Positions 1 to 9,742 are shown, counted from the first letter of the stretch. The stretch: 64,000 nt of DNA from Nitrospirales bacterium (GCA_963555755.3 OY820905.2:4064001-4128000), one strand, 5' to 3'. The notes: generated from the sequence alone by a model not told the origin. A program made the numbers and translations.

Positions 1-193
1 AGGGGGACGAGCATTCTCCTTTCAGGGTTGGACTGGTTGCACCGTTCCATTGTGTATACCCTGTCCTTGAATGCCCGCTGGCGGGCTCTTCTACCTTTTC
101 TCCTCCACACAACATTGATTTGAAAGGAAATATACTGATGGTTGCGTTGGTCTATATCGTGTGGTCGTACTTCAAGGGAAAGAGAGGATCGTC

Positions 194-509
194 ATGAACA
201 TGTTATCCCAGGATTGGTTGGCGGTGATCCAGAAAGAATATGTCCAGAATTACCTGCGACAGGGGGGAACCGCCAACCATTCCTTCTGGGGAACGGTTGT
301 CCAGTAGGCGCATGCGTGAATATGTGAAAGGGTGGATCACGGAGTGGGATCTGAAGCGACTGGCTCCGGAAGAAGCCGTGGATCTCGAAGTGATACCATT
401 GCGGCCCAGTTATACAGAAGACACGGAATTGGAAACTCCTACCGAAGGGGATCAGGTTGGTGTTGGTACTGAGGCCTATGCGGCGACGCCAGAGTATGTC
501 ACGGCGTGA
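194..509 (+). pseudogene. Internally deleted paralog of the tandem DUF2791-type ATPase
   Basis: ATG at 194 reads MNMLSQDWLAVIQKEYVQNYLRQGG (cf. MEQWLSILQQEYVGSYLRDGG in 9987..12695). It joins out of frame near 270 to RRMREYVKGWITEWDLKRL (cf. KRMREWVKSWVTEWDLKRL). Confidence 0.8.
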
Positions 510-527
510 GTAGTTGTTGAGGATATT

Positions 528-1832
528 GTGAACCTTCGTGAACGATTCTCGGTGGTCGGTCAAGTCATGAATCAGGCGATCGCCCGTTTTATGGATCCGT
601 TGTATGAGCGCATGGTCCTTGTGCTCACGGTTCTGTTTTGCTCAAGTTTGGCTCTCATGCTGCTTCAGGTGTCCCACTTGCAAGGGGATGTGATTGCCTC
701 GATGGCGATAGCCGATGCCCGGGTGTACACCGAAGCCTTGGATGCCCTGCAGGGTTTGTATTCAAGCGATATTGTGCAACGGGTTCGGTTTCACGATTGG
801 TACAACATCTATTCATGGACGGCCTTGCTTCTCGTGATTTGGGTAGGTGGCTTAGCCCTCGTTATTAGCAAATTCCGTCCAGTACCAGAAGAATTAGAGC
901 ATCGGGTTCTGGAACGAACCGGAGACCTTCGAGATGCCAACCTTGAGCTGGAACGTCAAATAGGTGAACGCCGCCTGGTAGAAGAAGCGCTGCGCCAAGC
1001 CCACTTGGATCTCGAACAACGGGTGCACGACCGAACGGCCAAGCTCGCGGAAGCGAACACTGAACTTATGAGAGAAATTCGTGATCGGCAACGAGTTGAA
1101 GAGGATATGTGTAAGGTGAATGTGGATTTGTTGCAACGGACCACACAGTTGGAGTCATTCAATAAAGAGCTGGAGGCGTTCAGCTACTCGGTCTCGCATG
1201 ATTTGCGTGCTCCGTTGCGTGGCATTGACGGGTTTAGCCAAGCCGTTCTTGATGACTATGGTGACAAGCTGGATGACACGGGCAAGCAGTATTTGCAGCG
1301 CGTTCGCGAGGCGAGTCAACGCATGGCCAAACTCATTGATGCCATGTTGAACCTGGCGCGGTTGATCCGGGCGGAGTTGACTTTTGAGTCGGTTGATCTG
1401 TCAGCCATTGGTCAATCTGTCGTTTCGGACCTGAGCAAGGCTGATCCCGAACGTCAGGTGGAGATCGTGGTGGCCGATAATCTTCGGACCAATGCGGATC
1501 CGGATCTGACCAGAGTGGTGCTCGAGAATTTGCTGGGGAATGCGTGGAAATTTGCCAGTCACGAAGAATTCGCCAGAATTGAATTAGGGCTGACCTATCA
1601 TTATTCCCAGCCTGTCTTTTTTGTCCGAGACAATGGCGTGGGGTTTGATATGACCTATGCAGATAAACTGTTCGGGGCTTTTCAACGGTTGCATGCCATG
1701 AGTGAGTTTCAAGGAATCGGGATTGGTCTAGCGACCGTGCATCGTATTATTCTACGCCATGGGGGCCGCATTTGGGCAGATGCCTCCGTGGGCAAGGGGG
1801 CAACATTTTTCTTTACCTTGGGGAACTGTTGA
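528..1832 (+). CDS. Membrane sensor histidine kinase (HisKA + HATPase_c)
   Basis: Two TM segments, coiled coil, H-box FSYSVSHDLRAPLR, N-box NLLGNAWKF, G-boxes DNGVGFD and GIGIGLA. Confidence 0.95.
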   Translation: MNLRERFSVVGQVMNQAIARFMDPLYERMVLVLTVLFCSSLALMLLQVSHLQGDVIASMAIADARVYTEALDALQGLYSSDIVQRVRFHDWYNIYSWTALLLVIWVGGLALVISKFRPVPEELEHRVLERTGDLRDANLELERQIGERRLVEEALRQAHLDLEQRVHDRTAKLAEANTELMREIRDRQRVEEDMCKVNVDLLQRTTQLESFNKELEAFSYSVSHDLRAPLRGIDGFSQAVLDDYGDKLDDTGKQYLQRVREASQRMAKLIDAMLNLARLIRAELTFESVDLSAIGQSVVSDLSKADPERQVEIVVADNLRTNADPDLTRVVLENLLGNAWKFASHEEFARIELGLTYHYSQPVFFVRDNGVGFDMTYADKLFGAFQRLHAMSEFQGIGIGLATVHRIILRHGGRIWADASVGKGATFFFTLGNC

Positions 1833-1942
1833 AAAAAGCCGCCAGCTGCGTTCTCATTGCTCGGAGGACTCAACGTACGCAGCGTACGCCTCGTCATCCT
1901 CGCTGCTTGCGGCCTTGCCGGACGACTTTTTTCAACAGCCCC
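1822..1942. mobile_element. MITE family A (~120 bp, TIR GG..CTGTTGAAAAAAG)
   Basis: Inverted ends ctgttgaaaaaag / cttttttcaacag. Homologous to 9606..9725 in reverse. Supplies the TGA stop of the kinase. Confidence 0.75.
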
Positions 1943-1975
1943 TTTAGCTACTCTGGAAAATGAGGGAGGCAGGTC

Positions 1976-2425
1976 ATGAGTGAAAGAGTCATTTTGTTAG
2001 TGGAAGATCATCCTGACGATGAAGAGCTGACCATGCGTGCTCTGAAAAAGAACAACATTCTCAACAAGGTGGTGATCGCGCGTGACGGGGTGCAAGCCCT
2101 GGAATATCTGTTTGGCACGGGTGCTCATGCCGGGCGTGATGTGAGTGAGATGCCTCAGCTCATTCTCTTGGATTTAAAGCTGCCAAAGATTGATGGATTA
2201 GAAGTGTTGCGACGATTACGGGCAGATGAGCGAACGCGGTTTTTGCCCATCGTCATTTTGACCTCGTCAAAAGAAGAACAAGATTTGCTCAAAAGTTATA
2301 AACTTGGAGCCAATAGTTATGTTCGCAAACCCGTGGATTTTGTCGAATTCACCCAAGCCGTTCAGCAGCTTGGGTTATACTGGCTCATTCTCAATGAATC
2401 GGCTCCCAAGGCCAAAGTCCGGTAG
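1976..2425 (+). CDS. Single-domain response regulator (REC)
   Basis: [28 protein letters not shown] motifs; RBS gagggagg. Confidence 0.95.
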   Translation: MSERVILLVEDHPDDEELTMRALKKNNILNKVVIARDGVQALEYLFGTGAHAGRDVSEMPQLILLDLKLPKIDGLEVLRRLRADERTRFLPIVILTSSKEEQDLLKSYKLGANSYVRKPVDFVEFTQAVQQLGLYWLILNESAPKAKVR

Positions 2426-2437
2426 CGAGGTTAAAGT

Positions 2438-2723
2438 GGGGTTTTGCCCCCACGCGACGAGGCCCCTTCGGCAAGCTCAGGACAGCCCTGTTGTTTCGGC
2501 AAAAGTGCCCAAAACCATTTTCACCCGTGCGCGGCCCCTCCGATCCTGCTCAGAAGCAGATTCTCCGGGGTCCTTCCGCCTCCACCCCGAACCCTTCGAC
2601 TCCGCTCAGGATAGGTCAAGATGGCTCAGAAACTCGCGGAGTCTGTCCTGAGTGGAGTCGAAGGGCTCAAACAGCCCTCGCCGAAAAATCGATTCGGGGC
2701 TCCGGCTCCGCCGCACCCAACGC
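2438..2723 (+). repeat. Intergenic repeat family D with three nested CCCTTCG..GCTCAGGA REP-like units
   Basis: Aligns to 46896..47130 and to 47268..47460 (reverse). Extra ~24-bp units near 2465, 2593 and 2641 (reverse). Confidence 0.75.
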
Positions 2724-2858
2724 GAGAACCCACACAGAAAACAACCCGTTCCTTTAAAAGAGGACGCTACTTTTTAAAAGGGCACTACGATTGACTGAAT
2801 TGGTTAACGAAAGGGAATGAGCCATCCATCCCCCTCTGGCCTTTCGACCCTCTCCAGT

Positions 2859-2957
2859 TGTCATGTCGAGTGAAAGGAGACATCTCTTTGTGGGGATTGG
2901 AACACCAGCCCAAGCGTGACGGGAAGGGGGAGATTTCTCTCAAGGGTCGAAATGACT
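2859..2957. repeat. REP-like palindromic unit (TGTCATxTCGA...TCGAAATGAC family)
   Basis: Ends tgtcatgtcga / gtcgaaatgac; same motif at 5588..5616 and 47506..47646. Confidence 0.6.
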
Positions 2958-3298
2958 AAAGTGGGGAGATGATGGTCAGTCCAAAATCTATTGGTCTGGT
3001 ACGGAGTTCGCGCCGAATTCCAACAACGCGTGGTTGTATGAGTGGAACCATGCCTTCCGTATGATCCTTGGGTTCCTCCCAAGGGAGTCGTTGGTGAGTC
3101 CTCGTTCTCACAGGCTTTTATCTTCCTGGATCTTGCCACCTCCCTTCCTCATCTGTTCCTTCGTCTGACAGACTGTCAAAATATCCCATATTTTTTGAGA
3201 CACGGCTTTATAAAGGCTTTCCCTTAATTTTTTTCTGGTATTGAAAAATCATATGAATTTCAATGTGTTGTGTTAGGCAAGCAAGAAAGGCTCTGCTT

Positions 3299-3314
3299 TG
3301 GCATACCCTTTGCT
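3299..3314 (+). promoter_or_regulatory. Sigma-54 -24/-12 promoter
   Basis: TGGCATACCCTTTGCT matches TGGCAC-N5-TTGCW; lies upstream of ORF 3410. Confidence 0.7.
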
Positions 3315-3409
3315 CTTTTGTTTAGAACAGCAAGAAGAAGTGCAAATGTAAGCGAGGATTTTTGAGGTGCCTCTGGGAAGGTGCCGCCGAGGAGGACAAG
3401 GAGGGTACC

Positions 3410-3757
3410 ATGGCACGGTTGGCCATTTCTCATATGACCATAAGCCGCAATCTAGACGAATCTTGGCTGACGTCTTCTGTATGGGACGACGAGTCTGTTG
3501 CGGATCTCAAACGGGACCGTCTTTTAAAATGTCATACCGGAGGATTGGCAAAATGTTCTCAGTGTGGCACCGATGTGAAGATTCATGTTTCGCCAAAACG
3601 GAATCCACACTCTGGAAAGCTCGGACGCATCGTGACATTAAAGGACCATGATCTCTGCCGGCGATGTTGGCGGCAAATCATTCGAAACTGTCGCGAAGCG
3701 ATGCTCACGTACGAATGGCATGTCCCGGCACTTGCTGAACCACGAGAAGTTGCTTAG
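3410..3757 (+). CDS. Hypothetical protein with two CxxC motifs (putative Zn-binding)
   Basis: RBS aaggaggg before ATG 3410; CSQC and CRRC. Confidence 0.6.
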   Translation: MARLAISHMTISRNLDESWLTSSVWDDESVADLKRDRLLKCHTGGLAKCSQCGTDVKIHVSPKRNPHSGKLGRIVTLKDHDLCRRCWRQIIRNCREAMLTYEWHVPALAEPREVA

Positions 3758-3812
3758 CGACGGATATAGAGTAAAAACTCATACCCCATCACCCTTCCCG
3801 ATTCCCCGTATC

Positions 3813-5318
3813 TTATAGCTGCGCGCACACTGATTTCACTTCAGTGTAGAGATCCAAGGCCTCGTGTCCCATTTCTCGTCCCCAGCCTGATTGTTTGAAT
3901 CCGCCGAAGGGGAGTGCGGCATCGAAAATATTGTGACAGTTGATCCACACGGTTCCCGCGCGAAGTTGAGCCGCAAGACGATGGGCCTTACCGATATCCT
4001 TGGTCCAGATGGACGCCGCTAAGCCGTAGATACTGCCATTCGCTTTCGCCACGACTTCTTCCAGATCAGTAAAGGGTTCCGCACAGACCACTGGACCAAA
4101 AATTTCTTCCTGGATCACTTTCATGCTTTGATTCGTGTTCACCAGAACGGTGGGCTCAATAAAATACCCTCTCTCGCCCACCCGTCCACCGCCCGCAATG
4201 GCTTTGGCCCCTTCGTTCATGCCTGCCTCTAAATACCCTAAGACTCGTTGTTGTTGTTCCTCTGATACTAAGGGACCCATGTCCGTCTGCGTATCCATGC
4301 CAGGTCCGATTTTGATCTGTTTGGCTTGGTCCGCCACCCCGGCAACTACTTTGTCAAATATGCTTTTTTCAGCGTAGATCCGCGACCCTGCACAACAACA
4401 CTGTCCGTGGTTAAAGAAGATGGCGTTGGCCACCCCGGGGATGCTGCTCTCCAAGTCGGCATCGGCCAATACCAGAGTCGGCGATTTGCCGCCCAATTCC
4501 AGGGTAACTTTTTTCAGATTGCCGGATGCCGCGTGAAGAATTAATTTTCCGACTTCCGTTGAGCCGGTGAAAGCCACTTTGTCCACATCGGGGTGGGCGG
4601 CTAATGCGGCACCGGCTGTTTCGCCAAATCCTGTCACAATGTTTACCACTCCCGGAGGAAATCCTGCCTCACAGAAAAGTTGGCCCAGCAGTAGGGCCGA
4701 CAGTGGGGTTTGCTCGGCGGGTTTCAAGATAATCGTACAGCCAACTGCGAGGGCGGGGCCTAATTTCCAAGCAGCCATGAGCAGGGGGAAATTCCAAGGG
4801 ATAATTTGTCCGACTATCCCGACAGGTTCACGTAATGTGTAGGCATGAAATTGAGCGCCGGGGGCATAGGGAACCGAAATGGGAATGGTGTTGCCTTCAA
4901 TCTTCGTTGCCCATCCGGCCATGTAACGGAACAGATCAATGGCCAGTGGCACATCAGCCACCCGGGCGATGGCAACGGGTTTCCCGTTATCAAGTGATTC
5001 CAGTTGTGCAAAGTCTTCCAACCTCGATTCCATGAGATCGGCTAATTTCCACAGCAGTTTCCCGCGTTCTGACGCCGTCAGCTTTCGCCAAGCTCCTTGG
5101 TCAAAGGCTCGACGTGCCGCTCGCACGGCCAGGTCGATATCGCCCTGTTGTCCCTCAGGGATTTGACACATGGTCTCACCTGTCGCGGGGTTCAGGGTCG
5201 AAAAGGTTTGGCCGGAGAGAGCTGTGACCCAGTTTCCGTCGATGAGCATGGTGTGATCGGTGGCGAGAAATTGTTGGACAGAGGGAGAGAGCGGGGTGTC
5301 AGTGGCAGCAACACTCAT
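3813..5318 (-). CDS. NAD(P)+-dependent aldehyde dehydrogenase
   Basis: IIPWNFP, FTGSTEVG, LELGGKSP, GQCCCAG, EEIFGPV, PFGGFKQSG. Confidence 0.97.
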   Translation of the reverse strand: MSVAATDTPLSPSVQQFLATDHTMLIDGNWVTALSGQTFSTLNPATGETMCQIPEGQQGDIDLAVRAARRAFDQGAWRKLTASERGKLLWKLADLMESRLEDFAQLESLDNGKPVAIARVADVPLAIDLFRYMAGWATKIEGNTIPISVPYAPGAQFHAYTLREPVGIVGQIIPWNFPLLMAAWKLGPALAVGCTIILKPAEQTPLSALLLGQLFCEAGFPPGVVNIVTGFGETAGAALAAHPDVDKVAFTGSTEVGKLILHAASGNLKKVTLELGGKSPTLVLADADLESSIPGVANAIFFNHGQCCCAGSRIYAEKSIFDKVVAGVADQAKQIKIGPGMDTQTDMGPLVSEEQQQRVLGYLEAGMNEGAKAIAGGGRVGERGYFIEPTVLVNTNQSMKVIQEEIFGPVVCAEPFTDLEEVVAKANGSIYGLAASIWTKDIGKAHRLAAQLRAGTVWINCHNIFDAALPFGGFKQSGWGREMGHEALDLYTEVKSVCAQL

Positions 5319-5487
5319 GGCAGTCCTCCAAGTTCAGATATGTGTAATCGAGTGAATGGGTTATGAAAACAAACAGGCGATGGACTTCATAATAAATTAT
5401 GACGCGATATCTCTGGTGACTGCAACTCGAAAGGGGTTGGGAATACATGGACGAAACTAAATTTGGTGAAAATCGTGGTGGGTTGAA

Positions 5488-5702
5488 CCAAGAAATACCA
5501 TTTGGATCACAAAAGTCCGCGCCAGCTCTTGGCGAAATACAAAACTGTCTCCTCACCACCAGGGATGACTTTCGATCCTTCCACCCTTGTCATTTCTACC
5601 AAGGGTCGAAATGACAGACCCGAGGTGGCCACGACTTTTTGTATTTCACCATGCACACCAATATCTTCCACGTCTTTTTTGTGCCCAACTGCCGATTCTA
5701 GG
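5488..5702 (+). mobile_element. MITE family C (CCTAG-ended, IS1380-like), degenerate, with nested REP-like insert
   Basis: Aligns to 61069..61231; ~58-bp insert at the TCACC..GGTG hairpin. Confidence 0.75.
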
Positions 5703-5760
5703 CTGGAAAACCCTGAAATTGTGAATGCTTTTTTGGAACGATGAAAAAAGCGTTTTCAAG

Positions 5761-5843
5761 GGACAGGACAGGGACAGGGGTCAAATCTTGGACAGAGACA
5801 GGGACAGGGGTCAAGGACAGGGGTCAAATCTTTGGTTGACTAA
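5761..5843 (+). repeat. Stuttered solo end of element E, GGACAG-leader variant
   Basis: Iterated GGACAG / GGACAGGGGTCAAATCTT / GGACAGGGGTCAA / GGACAGGGGTCAAATCTTTGGTTGACTAA. Confidence 0.8.
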
Positions 5844-5903
5844 TTAAATAAGGTTCCCGCCTCGTCTACTGAGGGAATTCCGCCCCCACATAAAATAATC
5901 AAT

Positions 5904-7331
5904 TTATCTTTTGTTCTTTTCCATTTTACTGACCCACCAGATCGCCAGGCAGGAAAATAAAAACGCGGGAACCAGTTCATAGATCACGGCGTCGGACAGC
6001 CCGGAAACTTTCCAGACGATTGTGGTCAGAAACCCTGTGAGCATGCCGGCGACCGCACCCTGAATGGTGACGTTTTTGGAGTAAAGGGTGAACAAAATCA
6101 CCGGACCAAAACTCGCCCCCAGTCCCGACCAGGCAAACAGCACGAACCAGAAAATCACCCGCGTCTCCATAAGCGCAATCGTCATTGCCCCCAGTCCCAG
6201 TACCAAAATAGTGATTCGGCTAACACGCAGAATTTTCTCGTGCGACAGGGTGTGCTTGAGGATTTTCGTGTAAACATCGTGCGCCACCGTCGACGTGGCG
6301 ACGATGATTTGGGCTGAAACCGTGGACATGATGGCCGCCAGCACGCCCGTCAGGACCACCGCCGTCACCACCGTCGGCAGTAACGCCTCCGCCGCTTTGG
6401 GAAACAACTGCTCAGGGTCTTCCAGTCCGGGGAACAAGGCGTTGCCCGCCACCCCCAGGACAATAGCGGAACTATATATTACCAAACCCCAGGAGATCGC
6501 GATCCACACTCCCCGCTCGATGGCCTTTGTGTCCTTTGCGGCCATGTAACGGTTGATGACGTGCGGCTGGCCCGGATACCCCAAGCCGATTCCCAGCAGG
6601 CCCACCATCGACCCCAAAAAAGCGGCAGAGGTTTTTCCGCCCATCCAGGCTAATGTTTCCGGTGACACCTGATGGACCTGCTGAACCATGCCGCCAAATC
6701 CGCCCAGATTCCACACGGCAACGAAAGCGAGAACCGCGATGCCCAGGACCATTATCAGGCCTTGAATAAAATCCGTCCACACCACCGCGCGGAACCCTCC
6801 CATCATCGTGTAAAGAATCACGATGGCCCCGCCGATGGAAATGCTCAGCCAATGCGGGATGCCGAAAATAGCGTCAAAGGTTTTGCCGATGGCGGTGAAT
6901 TGGGCGGCGACATAGGCCATCATGCAGGCGAATATGATGACGACGGAAATGATTCGCAGGATGCTTGATTTATCATTGAAATGGGATTCAAGGTAATCGG
7001 GAACCGTGAGAGCGTGTTCCTCATGGGAATGCTTGCGCAATCTTTCAGCAATAAAAAACCAGTTGATCGCGTATCCCAGCAGGCAACCGGGCAAAAACCA
7101 CATGGCTGACAGCCCGTCTTTATAGGCGAGACCCGCGGTCCCCAATACCGCCCAGGCGCTCTCGGAACTGGCGGTCGAGGAAATGGCCGTGACCCAGGCT
7201 TTCAGCGATCGGTCAGCCAGGAAAAAATCGGCGGGGGAACTTGTACTCCGGGAGGTCACGTAACCGATCCCCAGCATCAGCAGGACATATAAAAAGAAAA
7301 CCGTTCCGATGACCACAGTGAGTTCCGTCAT
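5904..7331 (-). CDS. putP: Sodium:solute symporter (sodium/proline symporter family)
   Basis: DFFLADRSL, ASSESAW, GGFRAVVWTDFIQ, GYPGQPHVINRYMA, AAIMSTV; multi-TM. Confidence 0.85.
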   Translation of the reverse strand: MTELTVVIGTVFFLYVLLMLGIGYVTSRSTSSPADFFLADRSLKAWVTAISSTASSESAWAVLGTAGLAYKDGLSAMWFLPGCLLGYAINWFFIAERLRKHSHEEHALTVPDYLESHFNDKSSILRIISVVIIFACMMAYVAAQFTAIGKTFDAIFGIPHWLSISIGGAIVILYTMMGGFRAVVWTDFIQGLIMVLGIAVLAFVAVWNLGGFGGMVQQVHQVSPETLAWMGGKTSAAFLGSMVGLLGIGLGYPGQPHVINRYMAAKDTKAIERGVWIAISWGLVIYSSAIVLGVAGNALFPGLEDPEQLFPKAAEALLPTVVTAVVLTGVLAAIMSTVSAQIIVATSTVAHDVYTKILKHTLSHEKILRVSRITILVLGLGAMTIALMETRVIFWFVLFAWSGLGASFGPVILFTLYSKNVTIQGAVAGMLTGFLTTIVWKVSGLSDAVIYELVPAFLFSCLAIWWVSKMEKNKR

Positions 7332-7532
7332 GACCCGGCATTATAACGGAAAACCCTTCTATCGATAAAAGTTTTTCCGGTAACAGTGCCTTTCACCACC
7401 CGCTGGCTTATTTCCAGTTTTTTGCTCATATAGCCTCCTCATTCCATTTTGGATCAGAGGAAACAGAATCCCTGTATTACAGGCCCTTTGTTAGGGAAAC
7501 CATCGCTAACCTGTTACAGATTGAAGGACATT

Positions 7533-8048
7533 ATGAATAAAAAAGAACTGGTAGAAAAATTATTGGCGGCAAAAAAAGCATCAGGAAAAACTTATGACCA
7601 AATTGCGAAAGCTCTTGGCCTTTGCAATGTTTATGTGGCTTAGTTGTTTCACGCACAGGCGCAACGGCACAAGGATACGGAGAAAAACCTCGTTAAACTG
7701 GGGCCCGGCATCGATAAAAAAGCGCTAACGGAGATGCGGAAATGTCCGATGCGTTCCTATGATCCCGATATCATCCAGGAACCCACCATCTACCGGCTGA
7801 CTGAAGTCTGCATGCACTATGGTGAATCGCTCAAAGAAATTAACAACGAAAAATTCGGTGACGGCATCATGTCCGCCATCGATTTCAAGTTAACTGTGGA
7901 CAAGGTCAAGGGAAGCCAAAAAGAAGACCGTGTGGTCATTACCATGAATGGAAAATTTCTGCCTCATATTGAAAAAACTCTAGTAATCCATGCAGTCATA
8001 CGATTTTTAATCCATAGAAGAGAAGTGGCAGAAAATCTGGGTGAATAG
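7533..8048 (+). pseudogene. cynS: Cyanase with in-frame amber stop at 7641
   Basis: [59 protein letters not shown]. Confidence 0.9.
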
Positions 8049-8329
8049 GAATTTAGGGTCTTCTCCCAAGTGAGTGGGTAAATTTGGGCGAGTCATTTTC
8101 TGAAAGGCTCGCTGGAGAAGAGGTTGGTGGATTTTTCTACCGTGGGAAAAGTGGCCAGGCGTTCTTGAGGCGTCACGCTGCTCATCCCTCCCCTTTGTAA
8201 GGGGAGGCTAGGTGCTGGCGCGCCGAAGCGTTTTGGCGAAGGCGTGGGGTAGAGCCCGTGGCAAGGAGCGAGCCACAGGCATGCTGAAAGCCCGGACCGA
8301 ATTCGACTCCAGGCTGCTGAGGTGGTTGG

Positions 8330-8530
8330 GATGTGCAGACACAGATGATAATGATTCCCCAGCAGGCAATAGGCCAAGACCTCGACGCCCCATAGCGTAT
8401 GGGTGTCACTCAACACCTGGAGAAAGGTTTCATAATCGGAGGGATCTCGAAAGACAGACTGACGTGCCAGGCCACGGTTCATGGCATGATAGACCGCGCC
8501 CGGATATTCAATGCGGAGAGGTCGGGCCGT
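8330..8530 (-). pseudogene. 5' remnant of RAYT/Y1 HUH transposase
   Basis: Minus strand reads (ACG)ARPLRIEYPGAVYHAMNRGLARQSVF..AYCLLGNHYHL. Start codon lost; truncated after the HUH motif. Confidence 0.85.
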
Positions 8531-8532
8531 AA

Positions 8533-8691
8533 GGGTCTGTCACGAAATAACCCGTACAATTGGGAGGCCCATCTTTGGCCCGGGGCGGCGTTGCTCCTCG
8601 GTCACAGAGCCCCGCTCTGCTCCCTCGTCGCGCCTTGCCCCGATCACAAATCTGGGCCTCCCAATTGTCCCGGTTATTTCGTGACGGACCC
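8533..8691. mobile_element. MITE family F (long TIR GGGTC.GTCACGAAATAACC)
   Basis: ~38-bp imperfect inverted ends; one end recurs near 52546. Confidence 0.7.
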
Positions 8692-8694
8692 TTA

Positions 8695-8973
8695 GCGCAT
8701 CTGGCACAATACAAAAATGTCTTATCACCACGGAGGGTTCGCGCAAGAATACCTTCCCCGGTTTGGGTGCTGAGACACCTGTCTGGCAAGGCGCGAGGAC
8801 TGCGCATACTCCTCGTATGGAAAGGACGAGCAACGCCGCCAGGCGGGATGGATCGACGCCCAAACCGGGGAAGGTATTTTTGCGCGAACCCTAAGGTGAC
8901 CACGACTTTTTGTATTTCACCATGCACCCCAATATCTTACACGGCTTTTTTGCGCCCAACTGCCGTTTCTAGG
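8695..8973 (+). mobile_element. MITE family C, left-truncated, interrupted by MITE G
   Basis: Flanks align to 61069..61231; ends in ccaactgccgtttctagg. Confidence 0.75.
8734..8892. mobile_element. MITE family G nested in a family C copy
   Basis: TIR agggttcgcgcaa.aataccttccccggtttggg and its reverse complement. Confidence 0.75.
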
Positions 8974-8974
8974 T

Positions 8975-9742
8975 TTATTGCGGGCGAGTCCGCTCCCAGT
9001 ATTCCCTCAGGGCTTCTGCGGCTGCCCCGTCTTGGTAGACAACCCGAAGAATCAGGTTTCCGAATGGACGACGCACAATTTTAAGAATGACTGATCCGTC
9101 GGCAAACCCTATGATCAATTCGTTGTCCGTGCCTTCCTGAAATCTGGTGTCTTCTGATTCGGTTGGCACGTGGCTGACGGGGTATTGTGACACCAGGGTT
9201 TCATACAGTTCTCCAAACAATTCTCTGGTGTGGTTGCCCATGTCGATATCGATTTTGGTGAGTTCTGCCGTTGGGGAGGGGGGAGATTTCGTGGTGCTGT
9301 TTGACTCATTCGCACCATAGGTCAGGGCGAAATAACGATTTTTCCCTAAGAGGTCATAGAGGCACTCTGTGTTGCTCGAACAGCCTTGAAGCGCTTCCAC
9401 TTCGCGGGGGGTCATGCCCAATTTCAATTTTCCAAATCCCTCAATGGTGTTGGCTTGGGTTAAAGCTGTCCCTCCCAACGCGACCATGAAGGGTATCAGG
9501 ACAAGTGAACACACCACTCTGGTCACGCGCTGTACGGGCCTGTTGAATATTTCACTCCAATGGCCAATAAAAGCTCCAGATGAGTCTCGTATCGTCAATG
9601 GGGGGGGATGTTCAAAAAAGTCCGTCCAGCAAGGCCGCAGCCCTTTTGACGCGCGGAGCGTACTCATAGTACGTGAGCACGGCAAAATGGCGAGAACGCC
9701 GCTGGCGGCTTTTTTCAACATTCCCTGTACGGATGCAAACAT
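8975..9742 (-). CDS. Exported hypothetical protein with in-frame MITE in its signal peptide
   Basis: RBS gaaagga before ATG 9742. Removing the MITE restores MFASVQRVTRVVCSLVLIPFMVALGGTALTQA. Confidence 0.7.
   Translation of the reverse strand: MFASVQGMLKKAASGVLAILPCSRTMSTLRASKGLRPCWTDFFEHPPPLTIRDSSGAFIGHWSEIFNRPVQRVTRVVCSLVLIPFMVALGGTALTQANTIEGFGKLKLGMTPREVEALQGCSSNTECLYDLLGKNRYFALTYGANESNSTTKSPPSPTAELTKIDIDMGNHTRELFGELYETLVSQYPVSHVPTESEDTRFQEGTDNELIIGFADGSVILKIVRRPFGNLILRVVYQDGAAAEALREYWERTRPQ
9536..9725 (-). mobile_element. MITE family A, extended 190-bp form, 5-bp TSD TGTAC
   Basis: TGTAC at 9531-9535 and 9726-9730; ends GGGCCTGTTGAA / TTCAACATTCCC. Confidence 0.85.
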
